A program made the position numbers and the translations under genes. This document shows positions 50,108 through 63,018 of a DNA stretch of 64,000 nt, piece after piece. Within the stretch, counting starts at the first letter, position 1; every line of letters begins with the position of its first letter. This DNA comes from Rhizomicrobium sp. (GTDB lineage Bacteria > Pseudomonadota > Alphaproteobacteria > Micropepsales > Micropepsaceae). Under the pieces are notes generated by a model that worked only from the letters and a program-made list of their open reading frames with translations, ran no database searches and was not told the origin of the DNA. The stretch is from NCBI GenBank assembly GCA_035279305.1, contig DATEIA010000041.1, positions 6,082 to 70,081 of the forward strand, given 5' to 3'.

Positions 50108-50370
50108 GCTGAAACTCCCGGCAACGACTGTCAGAAATCAAACGCAATATCCGGGCCGGTTGTTAAATCGCGAAAATCATCAGACGTTCTGACCGTCGCT
50201 CTATGCCAAATGCTCATTTTTGGGGCATTTCTAGCCATAGGAAAGCTACTCCTTATGCAGACGATAACTTGATGATGTTTTGGGCATGCTGCTGTGCAAC
50301 TAAGCATTTTCTTTTTATCTTCATGACGCCGTGATACGCGTTGTGAGAGAAAAAATATTGGAGGTTTCGA

Positions 50371-50967
50371 ATGTCACTCAGGTCCTGTCTTTCGATTACC
50401 GTCGGCGCGGGCATGCTGCTCGCAGCGACGCCGTCCTTTGCGTCTCTCTCCTGGCCGACGAACGATCTGGTGTCGCAGGGCGCGTTCAAACATTGCGCTG
50501 ATGCTGTTACCGCCGCTTTGGCCAATGACAACGCGACAGAAGCGGCCGTGGCGAAGTGCACAAAGGCTGCCGAGCTCGCGGACCTGGACAGCGGCCGGGC
50601 CGCTGCACTCAGCAACCGCAGCGTGCTGAATTTCCAGCGCGCGGATTACAATGCGGCGATAGCCGACAGCACGACGGCGTTGAAGATCGATGGCAGGCTC
50701 GTCGAGGCTGTGGTGAACCGTGGTGCGGCTTATCTCGCCATGCATCGTGCCGGTGAAGCCGTGGCGGAATTTGACCGGGCCCTGACCATGGCCCCGGTGC
50801 ACGCCGAAAAGATCTATTTCAACCGGGCAATGGCGCGTGAAGATATGGGCGATCTCAAAGGCGCCTATGCTGATTATGCCAGGGCAGCCCAACTGGCACC
50901 GCAGTGGGATCAGCCGAAGCAGCAGATGAATCGATTCACGATTCGCGACCGCAGGCCGATGAGCTAA
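50371..50967 (+). CDS. exported TPR protein
   Basis: GGAGG RBS, signal peptide, NR/NRG TPR motifs, AYADYARAAQLAP.W. Confidence 0.85.
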   Translation: MSLRSCLSITVGAGMLLAATPSFASLSWPTNDLVSQGAFKHCADAVTAALANDNATEAAVAKCTKAAELADLDSGRAAALSNRSVLNFQRADYNAAIADSTTALKIDGRLVEAVVNRGAAYLAMHRAGEAVAEFDRALTMAPVHAEKIYFNRAMAREDMGDLKGAYADYARAAQLAPQWDQPKQQMNRFTIRDRRPMS

Positions 50968-51008
50968 AGCCTGAAACTTCTGCGATCGCTCGGCGAAGCC
51001 GTAGAAAT

Positions 51009-51047
51009 GAAAAACCCGCCCTGGCAACGGGGCGGGTTGCTTTTTTG
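51009..51047. terminator. bidirectional rho-independent terminator
   Basis: AAAAACCCGCCC-loop-GGGGCGGGTT followed by TTTTTT between convergent genes. Confidence 0.8.
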
Positions 51048-51090
51048 AGGTGGGAATGCCTCGCTGCAACTACTCACATATCCGGCTGGT

Positions 51091-52026
51091 TCAGCTGCGC
51101 TCCGTCAGCGCGCGCACCGCCAGGGCCGCGGCTGTGGCCCGGTTCTCGACCCCAAGCTTCACGAACACCTGTTCCAGGTGTTTGTTCACGGTGCGGGGGC
51201 TGATGCTGAGAATTTCGCTGATGTCGCGATTGGACTTGCCGGCCGCGATCCACACCAGCACCTCGGCCTCACGGCCGGTCAGCAGGAATTTCTCCCGCAG
51301 GATCGCTTCGCGGGCGCCCGCCTGTTCCTCTACCAGTCGATAGAGGAATTCGTTGGGCCCCACGCTGCTCAGGTAGATAAAGGATGCGCGCCGTGCGGCG
51401 AAATCGAAGACGAAGGCATTCGTGCTGGTCTTGAGATTGCTTCTCAGCTGTTCCAGCTTTTCGATTAGGGTCGGGGGCAGGTCGTTCTGCCGCTTTTCGC
51501 CTGTGGCGAAGATTTCCGCCAGCAGGCTTTCGGCTTGCGGTGTCGACCACAGCACCCGGCCGGTTTCGTCGATGGCCAGCAGGCTTCGCCCCGTCGCGTC
51601 CAGTGCGGTGCGCGCACCGTAGGTCAGGCGCGCATTCGTCAGATGAACCCGCAGGCGCGCCAGCATGACTTCCAGAACGATAGGCTTGGCGATGTAGTCG
51701 ACGGCACCAGCGCCCAGGCCCTGAACGATATGCTTGGTGTCCGTCAGTCCCGTCATGAAGATCACGGGCAGGTGGGCGGTCGCGATGTTCTCCCGCAGGC
51801 GGCGGGTCGTCTCGAAGCCATCCATTCCCGGCATGACGCCATCCATCAACACCAGGTCGGGGATGATCTGCTGCGTCAGGCTCAATGCGGCTTCGCCGCT
51901 TGTGGCGACCAGCGCGGTGATGCCTTCGGCCTCCAGGGCGTCGGCAATGAAGCTCAGCGTCTCCGCGGCATCATCCACGACAAGCACGCGATCCCTGCGT
52001 CTGTGTTCGTCCTCGTTCACGCGCAA
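51091..52026 (-). CDS. response regulator, REC + LuxR HTH, cognate of the hybrid kinase
   Basis: LVVDD, DGVMPGMDG, DYIAKP, LTGREAEVLVWIAAGKSNRDISEILSISPRTVNKHLEQ. Confidence 0.93.
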   Translation of the reverse strand: MRVNEDEHRRRDRVLVVDDAAETLSFIADALEAEGITALVATSGEAALSLTQQIIPDLVLMDGVMPGMDGFETTRRLRENIATAHLPVIFMTGLTDTKHIVQGLGAGAVDYIAKPIVLEVMLARLRVHLTNARLTYGARTALDATGRSLLAIDETGRVLWSTPQAESLLAEIFATGEKRQNDLPPTLIEKLEQLRSNLKTSTNAFVFDFAARRASFIYLSSVGPNEFLYRLVEEQAGAREAILREKFLLTGREAEVLVWIAAGKSNRDISEILSISPRTVNKHLEQVFVKLGVENRATAAALAVRALTERS

Positions 52027-55000
52027 TACGCCTTCAAAAACCGGAAATAGTCGTCAAACTGAAACTGCCTCACATAGAGCCTGGCCTGGCTGGTCATTGG
52101 CTTGTATGCCGCGTTCTCCGCGTCCAGTTCCGCCAGCTTGGCGTAGATGCCATGCACATAGCCGATCTGGCCAAGATGAATGAGCTGTTCGACATGGTAG
52201 CGCGTGCCCGATGGCATCGCCTGCGCCGGCGTCTTTTGCGCGGGTTCGTCCGCCTGTCGCGGCGGCGCCTCGTAAATCCATTCCCGCTTGCACAGTAGCT
52301 GTACGCTTTCCAGCAGGCTCTGGATCGTGAAGGGCTTGATCAGGAACGCGTCGTGGATGGAGCCTTCCTGGTCCACGACTTGGAAGTCGTGGGCGTTGCC
52401 CGAAACCATCATGATCTTCATCTGCGGCCGCATCAGGCGCAGTTGCGCGGCCACTTCCCAGCCCGTCAGGCCGGGCATGGAAATGTCCAGCAGCGCGATA
52501 TCGGGAAGGCTTTCGGCCGCCTTGGCCACGGCTTCCGTGCCATCCTGGGCGATGCGCACGGCAAAGCCCAGAGGCGACAGCGTGCGATGCACCACGTCGA
52601 GATGCGAAGGATTGTCGTCGGCAATCAGGATCGACAGCCGCTCGCCGATATAGCCGCAGATGTTGCGGCCCAGGCTTTCGGCCCGGGGCTCGGGAATCGC
52701 CGCGAACAGCAGCATACGCACCGTAAAGCAGCTGCCTTCTCCGGGTGTGCTGGTAACGGTCAGATCTCCGCCCATCGCTTTGGTCAGAAGCCGGGTGATC
52801 GTCAGACCGAGGCCGGTCCCGGGAATGGCGCGCGCATGCGCCATGCCGCCGCGTTCAAAGGGGTGGAAAATCATCTCCATGTCTTCGGGCAGGATGCCCA
52901 TGCCGGAATCGGAGATCACGAATTCGGTCAGATGGTTGCGGCGACGCACTTCCAACGCGGCATAACCCTGCTTTGTGTATTTGATCGCGTTGGACAGAAG
53001 GTTGATCAGAATCTGTCGCAAGCGCTTGTCGTCGGCGACGACGTACTGGGGAATACCGGGATCGCAGCGGTAGCGGAATTCGATGCCGCGCCCCGTAGCC
53101 TGGATGCGGAACATGTCTGCCATCTGGTCCAGAAGGTCGGGCAGGCAGAACTTGGTCTGTTTGAGGTGCAGGGTCCCGGTTTCGACGCGCGAAATGTCGA
53201 GCAGGCCGTCCACGAGATTGGAGAGGTGTTCGGCGCTGCGCCGTATGACGCGCACAGGATTCTCGCGCGCCAGTTCCGGTTCGCGTTCCAGAAGCTGGGC
53301 GTAGCCGAATATCGAATTGAGCGGGGTGCGGAATTCGTGACTGAGGCCCACGATATAGCGGCTCTTGGCGAAGTTCGCCGCCTCGGCGGCTTCCTTGGCC
53401 TTTTGCAGCGCAGCGTCGGTGCGTTCATGCGCCTCGATTTCCTGCATCAATGTCACGGTCTGGCGCTCGGACTCCCGTTCGGCCGACCGGCGGCTCTCAT
53501 GGGCCAGCACCAGCAGCCACGCCGCGATTCCTGACAAAACCAGGAAGGTCAGAAAAACGATCCAGAGCGTGTTGCCCACTACCAGGCGCAGGGGCGCCGC
53601 CATTCCGCCGCCATACTGGAAATAGATCAAGGCAAATAGGCCGCCGGCGACACCGGCGAAAACCACGAAGAGGGCGCTGAACTGGCCCAGGCGTGTTGCG
53701 GAAAAGGCCGCCAGCTGGCCGGGCGGCAACTTGTCCATCACTGCGGAGATTTGATCGGCTACGCGGCTCTTGGTCTTGCACTGGTCCCGGCAGCGCGCTT
53801 CCAGGGTGCAGCATAGCGAGCAGATCGGCGTACCATAGGCGCTGCAGAACGCCATGTCATTCCGTTCGAAGGTATTCTCACATACCGAGCAGCGCGAGGC
53901 GCTTTCGGGCAGATCATCGGACTGCCGGGCGATATAGTATTTTCCCTTGGTGGCCCATGCGATCAGCGGCGCAGCGACCAGCGCCACCGCGAGCCCGACA
54001 AAGGCGCTCAGCGCCTGCCAGACCGGTCCGAACAGGCCCAGGAAGGCGCAGGTGGAGACGATGATGGAAATGCCCATCGCGCCCACGCCGACGGGATTGA
54101 TGTCGTAGAGGTGCGCCCGCTTGAACTCGATGTGTGGGGGGCTGAAGCCCAGCGGCTTGTTGATCATCAGGTCGGCGGTCAGTGCGCCCAGCCAGCCCAC
54201 CGCGAAGTTCGCATAAAGTCCCAGGATGCTTCCAATCGCCCGGAATATGCCAATTTCCATCAGAAGCAGCGCGACCAGGACATTGAACACAAGCCAGACC
54301 ACCCGGCCAGGATGGCTGTGGGTGAGGCGCGAGAAGAAATTCGACCAGGCGATCGAGCCGGCATAGGCGTTGGTGACGTTTATCTTGACCTGGCAGACGA
54401 TGACGAAGAGGCCGGTGAGCGCAAGCGCCACAGCGGGGGAGTGGAAAAGCTCCAGGAAGGCGAAGTGGTACAGTTCGGCAGGCTGGGTCGCGCGCTCGGC
54501 ACTCAGGCCATGCCGGAATGCCAGGTAGGTGAGAAACGATCCGGCGAATAGCTTGAAGCTGCCCATGCCCACCCAGCCGGGGCCGGTGGAAAGCAATGCC
54601 CACCACCATCCCCGCCGGTTTTCGGATGTCCGCACGGGAAGAAAGCGCAGATAGTCCACCTGCTCGCAAACCTGGGGCAGCAGCGAGAGCAGGATGGAGG
54701 CCGCCGCGCCGAATAGTGGCAGGCTGATGGAGCCGTCCTTGTCGCCGAGCGCGCCGGTGAAATGGGTCCAGTCGCCCAGCTGGGATCCACCGCGCAGCGC
54801 GATATAGGCGAGGGGGGCGATCTGCAGCACCAGCCAGATGGGCTGGGTGGCAAGCTGCATGCGGCTGATATAGCGGATGCCGTAGGCGGCGATTGGAATA
54901 ACGACCATCGAACTGATGATATGGGCGATGGGCAAGGGAATTCCGAACACCATCTTCAGCGCCATCGACATGATGCTGGCTTCGATGGCGAAAAGAACGA

Positions 55001-55376
55001 AGGTGAAAGAGGCGTAGATCAGGGAGGTGATGGTCGATCCCAGATAGCCGAAGCCGGCACCTCGCGTGAGGAGATCGACGTCGACGCCCGCGCGGGCCGC
55101 ATGAAACGCGATTGGCAAGCCTAGCAAGAAGCTCAGGACCCCCACGGCCATGATCGCGGCCGCAACATTGGAAAATCCGTATGTCAGCGTGATGGAACCG
55201 CCGATGGCCTCGCAGGCCAGGAAGGAGATCGCACCCAGTGCCGTGTTGGCGATGCGGAAAGACCCCTGACGGGCCTTGGTGGCGGTGAATCGCAGCGCGT
55301 AGTCTTCAAGCGTCTGGTTCGCGACCCACTGATTGTAAGCACGCCTCTCCAGAACGATGCGTTGTGGCTGCGCCAT
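52017..55376 (-). CDS. hybrid sensor kinase with N-terminal NCS1/APC transporter-like domain, Cys-rich linker, HisKA-HATPase and REC
   Basis: YNQWVANQTLEDYALRFT, DLLTRGAGFGYLGST, KINVTNAYAGSIAWSNFF, CSLCCTL, SHEFRTPLN, NLLSNA, GTGLGL, DISMPG. Confidence 0.92.
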   Translation of the reverse strand: MAQPQRIVLERRAYNQWVANQTLEDYALRFTATKARQGSFRIANTALGAISFLACEAIGGSITLTYGFSNVAAAIMAVGVLSFLLGLPIAFHAARAGVDVDLLTRGAGFGYLGSTITSLIYASFTFVLFAIEASIMSMALKMVFGIPLPIAHIISSMVVIPIAAYGIRYISRMQLATQPIWLVLQIAPLAYIALRGGSQLGDWTHFTGALGDKDGSISLPLFGAAASILLSLLPQVCEQVDYLRFLPVRTSENRRGWWWALLSTGPGWVGMGSFKLFAGSFLTYLAFRHGLSAERATQPAELYHFAFLELFHSPAVALALTGLFVIVCQVKINVTNAYAGSIAWSNFFSRLTHSHPGRVVWLVFNVLVALLLMEIGIFRAIGSILGLYANFAVGWLGALTADLMINKPLGFSPPHIEFKRAHLYDINPVGVGAMGISIIVSTCAFLGLFGPVWQALSAFVGLAVALVAAPLIAWATKGKYYIARQSDDLPESASRCSVCENTFERNDMAFCSAYGTPICSLCCTLEARCRDQCKTKSRVADQISAVMDKLPPGQLAAFSATRLGQFSALFVVFAGVAGGLFALIYFQYGGGMAAPLRLVVGNTLWIVFLTFLVLSGIAAWLLVLAHESRRSAERESERQTVTLMQEIEAHERTDAALQKAKEAAEAANFAKSRYIVGLSHEFRTPLNSIFGYAQLLEREPELARENPVRVIRRSAEHLSNLVDGLLDISRVETGTLHLKQTKFCLPDLLDQMADMFRIQATGRGIEFRYRCDPGIPQYVVADDKRLRQILINLLSNAIKYTKQGYAALEVRRRNHLTEFVISDSGMGILPEDMEMIFHPFERGGMAHARAIPGTGLGLTITRLLTKAMGGDLTVTSTPGEGSCFTVRMLLFAAIPEPRAESLGRNICGYIGERLSILIADDNPSHLDVVHRTLSPLGFAVRIAQDGTEAVAKAAESLPDIALLDISMPGLTGWEVAAQLRLMRPQMKIMMVSGNAHDFQVVDQEGSIHDAFLIKPFTIQSLLESVQLLCKREWIYEAPPRQADEPAQKTPAQAMPSGTRYHVEQLIHLGQIGYVHGIYAKLAELDAENAAYKPMTSQARLYVRQFQFDDYFRFLKAYCA

Positions 55377-55386
55377 TAAAGGGGCG

Positions 55387-55995
55387 TCACCCTCCCAGGA
55401 TAAGACCGATGCTGGCTATTACGATACCCCCGCCAGCGAAGCGCGCAACAAAGTCGAGCCGCCATTGCCGCAGTCCGGCTGCGGCCAATACACCCACCAT
55501 ATGCAGCATCGCTGTCGCCATAGTGAATCCCGCAGCGAAGTCCAATTTATGGGCAATATGCGGAATTTCTGTGCCATGGGCATAGCCATGCGCCATGCCA
55601 AAGACGGCAATCAGTATCCCGCCAAAGACCAGCGGTGCACGCAGGCTCAATGTCGTCGCCAGGCCGAGCACCATAACCGACACCAGGATGGCTGGCTCGA
55701 CTGGTACGGGGCTCACCGCGAACATTCCGATGACGCCGCCTGCGACCATGCTGGATACAAAAGTGGCCGGCCACAGCCATTCGCGACGGCCGCCGCAAAG
55801 CCCGGCCCACAGCCCCACCGCGATCATCGCGAGCAGGTGGTCCATGCCGGACAGCGGATGCTGCACGCCCGCGGCAAAGCTGGTTATCGGCCCATGGCCG
55901 GGATGGGCCGCGGCCGGCAGGGCCGCCGCCAGCAGCGCCGCCGCCGTCCAGCCGGCGAGATGCAAAAATCCCGGGCCTTTTCTCCGCAACGTCAT
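55387..55995 (-). CDS. ureJ: HupE/UreJ nickel-binding membrane protein
   Basis: [37 protein letters not shown]. Confidence 0.9.
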   Translation of the reverse strand: MTLRRKGPGFLHLAGWTAAALLAAALPAAAHPGHGPITSFAAGVQHPLSGMDHLLAMIAVGLWAGLCGGRREWLWPATFVSSMVAGGVIGMFAVSPVPVEPAILVSVMVLGLATTLSLRAPLVFGGILIAVFGMAHGYAHGTEIPHIAHKLDFAAGFTMATAMLHMVGVLAAAGLRQWRLDFVARFAGGGIVIASIGLILGG

Positions 55996-56618
55996 GTCCG
56001 TGCTCCATTCTCGACCAGGCCGCCGGCGGTTTCGATGAATTGTGCCACCTGTTCCGCACCGGTCGAGCGGATGCAGGTGAAAACGAACGGCCGGTCGCCG
56101 CGCATCCTGCGCGCATCGCGGTCCATGACTTCCAGGCTTGCCCCGACATGGGGCGCAAGGTCGGTCTTGTTGATCACCAGCAGGTCGGACCGGGTAATGC
56201 CGGGTCCGCCCTTTCGCGGGATCTTGTCGCCGGCCGACACGTCGATCACATAGATCGTCAGGTCGGCAAGCTCCGGGCTGTAGGTCGCGGCCAGGTTGTC
56301 GCCACCGGATTCGATCAGAACGACATCCAGTTGCGGAAAGCGCTGGCGCATCTGGGCGATGGCCGCCAGGTTCGCCGATGCGTCCTCTCGAATGGCGGTG
56401 TGCGGGCAGCCACCGGTTTCCACGCCCATGATGCGGTCCGACGCCAGGGACTGGGCGCGGGTCAGGAACTCCGCATCTTCCTTGGTGTAGATATCGTTGG
56501 TGATCGCCGCGATTTCGTAGCGGTCGCGGAAGTTGCGGCACAGCGCATCCATCAGCGCCGTCTTGCCGGACCCAACCGGTCCGCCGATGCCCACGCGCAG
56601 GGGGCCTTGCATAGTCAT
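55992..56618 (-). CDS. ureG: urease accessory GTPase
   Basis: [35 protein letters not shown]. Confidence 0.97.
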   Translation of the reverse strand: MTMQGPLRVGIGGPVGSGKTALMDALCRNFRDRYEIAAITNDIYTKEDAEFLTRAQSLASDRIMGVETGGCPHTAIREDASANLAAIAQMRQRFPQLDVVLIESGGDNLAATYSPELADLTIYVIDVSAGDKIPRKGGPGITRSDLLVINKTDLAPHVGASLEVMDRDARRMRGDRPFVFTCIRSTGAEQVAQFIETAGGLVENGART

Positions 56619-57298
56619 GTTCTGAACAGCCTCGTATATTGGGTTTCGTGTAAGATCGATGCCAGGTCCGCGAGCAGGCATGCGCCGCCCAGCGCGTCGA
56701 ACGGATCGCCGTCCTCCAGCACCGCCGCCCGTGCGACCGTGGCCGCCGCCGCCGGACGCAAGCCTTCGAAGATGATCTGCGCGTCTGTCTGGCCCAGGGG
56801 CACAAGGCGCTGGGCTGCCGAAACCAGGTTGCCCGCTGCGGCATGAATGGTGGCCGTCAGGGCCGAGGAAAAATCTATGGCATGGCCTGCCGCCATGGCG
56901 GCCACCGCCACGGGGTATGACATCTCGCCGGCGGCCGAGACGAAGAAGGCGGGCGCCGCGCCGCTGTCCAGCGCCATGCGGCGGAAGGCGGCGCCCTGGG
57001 AAAGCTGTTCCAGCCGGCGTTCCGCGGAAGGATGGGTTACCTCGGCCAGCGCGGCGACGGCGTCCAGCCTTTCACGGGACTGCGCCGCGGCCGCGCGATA
57101 GGCATGGGTGAAAAGCACGATATCGTTCCAGCCGCTGCCATGATCAAGCCAGGTCTCGACCCAGGTCTGCACGGAAGCCCGATCCGTCACCCAGCGCGCC
57201 TCGACCGCCCATTCCAGCCCGCTGGAGTGGCAGAATGCGCCGATCGGATAGGAGGGCGAAAGCCAGGTCATCAGCCGATAGAGCGCCTCACCCGCCAT
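56615..57298 (-). CDS. ureF: urease accessory protein
   Basis: [39 protein letters not shown]. Confidence 0.95.
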   Translation of the reverse strand: MAGEALYRLMTWLSPSYPIGAFCHSSGLEWAVEARWVTDRASVQTWVETWLDHGSGWNDIVLFTHAYRAAAAQSRERLDAVAALAEVTHPSAERRLEQLSQGAAFRRMALDSGAAPAFFVSAAGEMSYPVAVAAMAAGHAIDFSSALTATIHAAAGNLVSAAQRLVPLGQTDAQIIFEGLRPAAAATVARAAVLEDGDPFDALGGACLLADLASILHETQYTRLFRT

Positions 57299-57782
57299 GC
57301 GCGTGTCCATCGTCATGCTGATGCGCGTGACCATGATGGTGTCCAGGAAAGCCCGCATAAGCGCCGCCTTCCGGATCGAAAGGCGCGACCACATGGGTGA
57401 CCGTCGCGCCCAGCCGCCGGACCATGTCTTCCAGGACATGATCTTCCCGAATGCGCAGCGCGGTCCCGATCAACTGGGTCGGCAAATGACGATTGCCCAG
57501 ATGCCAGGCAATCCGGATCAGGGCCGAAATATCCGTGGCTATGATCTGCAGGAGAGGCTCGTCCAAAGCCTCCACGTCTATGATCGCGCCATCGTCAAGC
57601 ACAAGTTTGTCACCGCCGCGCAGATGAACCGCGGCGGGAAGATCGAGCAGAATCGTTTCGCCTTCCTCTGTTTTCAGTGTTAACCGCCGGCGATGGCGGT
57701 GATGGTGGTCGAGCCGCAAATGCCCGGCAACCTTTTGATCGCGATATTCGTCTGGTGTCAGAACATGAGTGGCGTGTCGCAT
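57288..57782 (-). CDS. ureE: urease nickel chaperone
   Basis: [23 protein letters not shown], His-rich tail. Confidence 0.95.
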   Translation of the reverse strand: MRHATHVLTPDEYRDQKVAGHLRLDHHHRHRRRLTLKTEEGETILLDLPAAVHLRGGDKLVLDDGAIIDVEALDEPLLQIIATDISALIRIAWHLGNRHLPTQLIGTALRIREDHVLEDMVRRLGATVTHVVAPFDPEGGAYAGFPGHHHGHAHQHDDGHAHGG

Positions 57783-57791
57783 GGTTCGGTC

Positions 57792-59497
<1,706 letters not shown>

Positions 59498-59501
<4 letters not shown>

Positions 59502-59821
59502 GGCGCGGGCTCGCCGTCGAGCGGGCCCATGACGACGCCCCGGAAGCCCACCACATGCCGTTTCCCGCCAAGCGGTACGAGCGTCACCTCGCGGCTTTGC
59601 CCGGGCTCGAAGCGCACGGCGCTGCCGGCCATGATGTCCAGGCGGCACCCGCGTGCGCGGTTGCGGTCGAATTTCAGCGCTGCGTTGGCTTCGGCAAAGT
59701 GATAGTGGCTGCCAACTTGGATTGGCCGGTCGCCGGTGTTGGCGACAGTCAGCGTCCGCCTTTCCGCGCTTTCGTTCAGCAGAATCTCGCCATCACTGGG
59801 CAGAAGCTCACCGGGAATCAT
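59498..59821 (-). CDS. ureB: urease subunit beta
   Basis: [31 protein letters not shown]. Confidence 0.97.
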
Positions 59822-59827
59822 CGCGGT

Positions 59828-60130
59828 TCACCGAATGGGTTCATGGATGGTGACCAGCTTGGTGCCGTCGGGAAACGTCGCCTCGACCTGCACGTCGGGA
59901 ATCATCTCGGCGATGCCATCCATAACCTGCTCGCGGGTCAGCACGCGCGCGCCTGCATCCATCAGGCTTGCGACGCTCTCGCCGTCGCGCGCGCTCTCGG
60001 TGACGAAGTCGCTGATCAACGCTACGGCTTCGGGATAATTCAGCTTGATACCTCGTTCGAGCCGGCGCCGCGCCACCATCGCCGCTACCGCAATCAGCAA
60101 CTTGTCTTTCTCTCGTGGACTAAGATTCAT
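59828..60130 (-). CDS. ureA: urease subunit gamma
   Basis: [38 protein letters not shown]. Confidence 0.97.
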   Translation of the reverse strand: MNLSPREKDKLLIAVAAMVARRRLERGIKLNYPEAVALISDFVTESARDGESVASLMDAGARVLTREQVMDGIAEMIPDVQVEATFPDGTKLVTIHEPIR

Positions 60131-60138
60131 GACGCCAT

Positions 60139-61011
60139 TCACATTTGCCAAACACGCGGCAAGGCAAGGTTGCCACGAATGATGCCGAGCGCCTGTGCTA
60201 CGGCTTGCCGCAGTGTCGCGCCGTCGCGCGCGACAAGGCGTACTGACAGCATTCCGTTCCATGCGCTGGCGCCGCAAACGCTTCCGCGATCGGCCAAAGA
60301 GTCGCGAACGCGCTGCAATTCTGCTTCGGCCCGTGGACCGATATGAAGAAGGTTAGCGAAGGCGAGGTGGCCTTGCAGCGTTGGCGCACGAGCAAGCAAT
60401 TCGCTCGCGTCGCCGCCCAAATTAAAGGCATCCGCATAGATCAGCCGGTCACCACGCCAGATGCGCCAGCCGTCATGCAGCCAAACTCTCTGTACCGTTT
60501 CGCCCATTTCCGCACGGCCTAGCACGACGCTCTCGATCCCGGTGAAGGTCGCACCGACCGCAAGCCGCACCTGCAAGTCGCGCTTAACCATTGCGCGGTC
60601 AAAGACAATTGTTTCCTGGGGTAACCATTCCGCGCTTGCGCCTTCCGCAACGCTCAGGGCGGTTTGAACCGTCGCGGTGCAGGAGGCTGCGCGATACAGT
60701 TTCTCGCATGCCGGGGTGGTGATGGCTGCATGCGTGGCAGGCCCCCAGCGAATGTCGTGGAAAAGCCTGTCGCCGCCTACGAGGCCGCCCGAGGTGTTGA
60801 TCAGAACAGCTTCCGCGCAATGCCTGGGTTCGGGTCTGAACAGGCGCGCCTTCAGGCAGCCGGATTGATAAAGCCGGTCCAGGACGGTCGCATCGCCGCG
60901 CCGCTTGAGCTCAAGCCGCAGAACGCCGCCACTGCGCAGCACGGGCATCGCGCGAGCCGGTGTTTCGCAACCGTCCGCCTCACCACGGATATGTGTTTCG
61001 GCCAGGGACAA
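60139..61011 (-). CDS. ureD: urease accessory protein
   Basis: [42 protein letters not shown]; TTG start uncertain. Confidence 0.93.
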   Translation of the reverse strand: MSLAETHIRGEADGCETPARAMPVLRSGGVLRLELKRRGDATVLDRLYQSGCLKARLFRPEPRHCAEAVLINTSGGLVGGDRLFHDIRWGPATHAAITTPACEKLYRAASCTATVQTALSVAEGASAEWLPQETIVFDRAMVKRDLQVRLAVGATFTGIESVVLGRAEMGETVQRVWLHDGWRIWRGDRLIYADAFNLGGDASELLARAPTLQGHLAFANLLHIGPRAEAELQRVRDSLADRGSVCGASAWNGMLSVRLVARDGATLRQAVAQALGIIRGNLALPRVWQM

Positions 61012-61062
61012 CGCTTTCCACTCTTTGGAAGCGAAGGGTACAGGCTGGTGGAAGGCCGCCTC

Positions 61063-61185
61063 ATGGGGCGTTTGACGTATTCCAACCAGGGTAAAAAGGA
61101 CTCGCCCTGAGGACAGGGCGAGCCAAGTTCGGGTCCATGAAGCTTATGCGAGGCTTGCAGCCGGGCCATACGCGATTTGACGTAT
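61063..61185. promoter_or_regulatory. two 18-bp operators in the ureD/amidohydrolase divergent promoter
   Basis: ATGGGGCGTTTGACGTAT (61063-61080) and ATACGCGATTTGACGTAT (61168-61185). Confidence 0.7.
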
Positions 61186-61258
61186 TCAGCGCTGTGGTTG
61201 CGTGCCGATAGCTTTTGAGCATCGCTGACTAATCTCCACGGCGAAGGGGAGCCTGACC

Positions 61259-62833
61259 ATGGTATCTTTTCTACGAGCGCAAACGGGCCGCAGGTCGCCT
61301 GCCACAGCCGTAACTTGTTCTGTCGTTGCATTGAGCATGTTGACTGCACTGATGATGCAGTCCACCGCGACCTATGCACAGCAGTCTCCGGAACTGGTCA
61401 TCCATAACGGGTTGATCATCAACGCCACCGGCAAGATGGCGGCCGACATCAGAATCCAGGGCGAGAAAATCGTGGAGATCGCCCCAAAGCTGAAGGCCTC
61501 ACCTGGGGCGAAAGAGATCGATGCCGCAGGTTTGCTGCTGTTGCCGGGTGCCATCGATACGCATACCCATCTGGAACTCGCGCCCCCCGTCAACCCTAAG
61601 TTCGGGGACAAGATCGATGATTGGACGACCGGCTCCATGGCTGCGTTGGCCGGTGGGATAACGACGATATCGAACTTCATTGCGATGGAGAGCGATGAAG
61701 ATCCCAACGCGTTCGCCGATCGCGTCATCAAATCGCTCGAGGCGCGTGCCATTGCTGACGTCTACCCGCGCCCGCTGGTCCGACCCATGAGCACCCCAAA
61801 AGGGGCTCCGCCGGATCCGTTGACGCAAAAGAAGACCTATGACGCGCTGGTCGCGCGCGGGATCGTCGGTACCGGCGAGGATCGGATGTCTGGCGAGCAA
61901 TACGATAAGAATTCGCTGGCGTGGATGAAGAAATTCCGCGCTTCCGCTGAGGCCGGGATAGTCAGCGCCATTCACGCCGAGGACTATTCGATTCTCGCCG
62001 AGGCGGTGGAGCGTCTCCAAACCGAGGATGCCGGCACCGGTGGTACCACTCACAACTTCGGGCAATTCGCGCCAACCATTGGCGAAGTGCTTGCAGTGCA
62101 GCGCAGCGTTGCGATCGCGGAGGCCACGGGAGCGCCCATCCTGATCGATCACGTATCGTCCGGTCGTGCGTTGAAGGTTGCTGAAGACGCTCAGCGTCGC
62201 GGACTTCCGGTCTATGTGGAGACACGCCCGCAATATCTTCATGTGACCGCAAAAAAATATGCCGACGCGGACGTCAATCTGTGGCTGGGCGGCCCGCCGA
62301 TGCGCGATAAATGGGATCAAGACATGCTCTGGGACGGCATCCGCCGCGGTGTGATCCATACCATCGGAACAGACCATAGCGGCTTCACGAGGGAGGCAAA
62401 GGTCGACCCAACGCAATTTGTCGGCAAGAGACGCCAGGGGTTTCCCAACCTCCAGGAATATCCTCCCATGCTATTCTCGGACGGCGTTGTCAAAGACCGC
62501 ATAACGCTCGAGCAATTCGTGGCGGTAACATCCACAAACGCCGCGAAGATCTTCGGCATGTATCCGCGCAAGGGTGTGATCGCCGTCGGTTCAGATGCCG
62601 ACATCGTGATCTGGGATCCGGCCAAGAAGAAGATCATAAAGGATGCAGACATGCTCTCGGCGACAAAGTTCTCGTCGTATACGGGCTTTGAAGTCACCGG
62701 GTTTCCCAAGACGACGATCCGTCGCGGCGAGATCGTGTACGACAACGAGAAGATTCTGGGGAAAGCCGGCACCGGAAAATTCATTGCAGGCAGCAAATTC
62801 CAACGCCCGACGCTGCGTCCTATCAGCGATTAG
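61259..62833 (+). CDS. exported cyclic amidohydrolase (dihydropyrimidinase/hydantoinase-like)
   Basis: Signal peptide ending ATYA-QQ, PGAIDTHTH, AALAGGITT, HAED, HVSS, ETRPQYL, GTDHS, STNAAKIFGMYPRKG.IAVGSDAD. Confidence 0.88.
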   Translation: MVSFLRAQTGRRSPATAVTCSVVALSMLTALMMQSTATYAQQSPELVIHNGLIINATGKMAADIRIQGEKIVEIAPKLKASPGAKEIDAAGLLLLPGAIDTHTHLELAPPVNPKFGDKIDDWTTGSMAALAGGITTISNFIAMESDEDPNAFADRVIKSLEARAIADVYPRPLVRPMSTPKGAPPDPLTQKKTYDALVARGIVGTGEDRMSGEQYDKNSLAWMKKFRASAEAGIVSAIHAEDYSILAEAVERLQTEDAGTGGTTHNFGQFAPTIGEVLAVQRSVAIAEATGAPILIDHVSSGRALKVAEDAQRRGLPVYVETRPQYLHVTAKKYADADVNLWLGGPPMRDKWDQDMLWDGIRRGVIHTIGTDHSGFTREAKVDPTQFVGKRRQGFPNLQEYPPMLFSDGVVKDRITLEQFVAVTSTNAAKIFGMYPRKGVIAVGSDADIVIWDPAKKKIIKDADMLSATKFSSYTGFEVTGFPKTTIRRGEIVYDNEKILGKAGTGKFIAGSKFQRPTLRPISD

Positions 62834-62926
62834 CGGCGGATTGTCATGCCGCTTTGTTGGTGGGTCTGGCCTCCTTGTTGCCGATCAGGCGGTGCGCCCT
62901 TTTGCCGCCTTCTCTTGAGCCGAGGC

Positions 62927-62944
62927 CTACGCAGTTTGACGTAT
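62927..62944. promoter_or_regulatory. 18-bp operator upstream of the second amidohydrolase
   Basis: CTACGCAGTTTGACGTAT, 74 bp before ATG 63019 (73 bp for the copy before ATG 61259). Confidence 0.7.
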
Positions 62945-63018
62945 GTGGCACCGCAGTATGTGCGACTAACGTCTTTTGGAGCCACTCAATTTCCGCAGTG
63001 AAAGGGGCAGTTTTGGTC

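Noticed and set aside
55387-56844. 485-aa ORF suggesting a long UreJ fusion
   Set aside because: The N-terminal part is an off-frame overlap of ureG/ureF; real ureJ starts at 55995 with ATGA coupling
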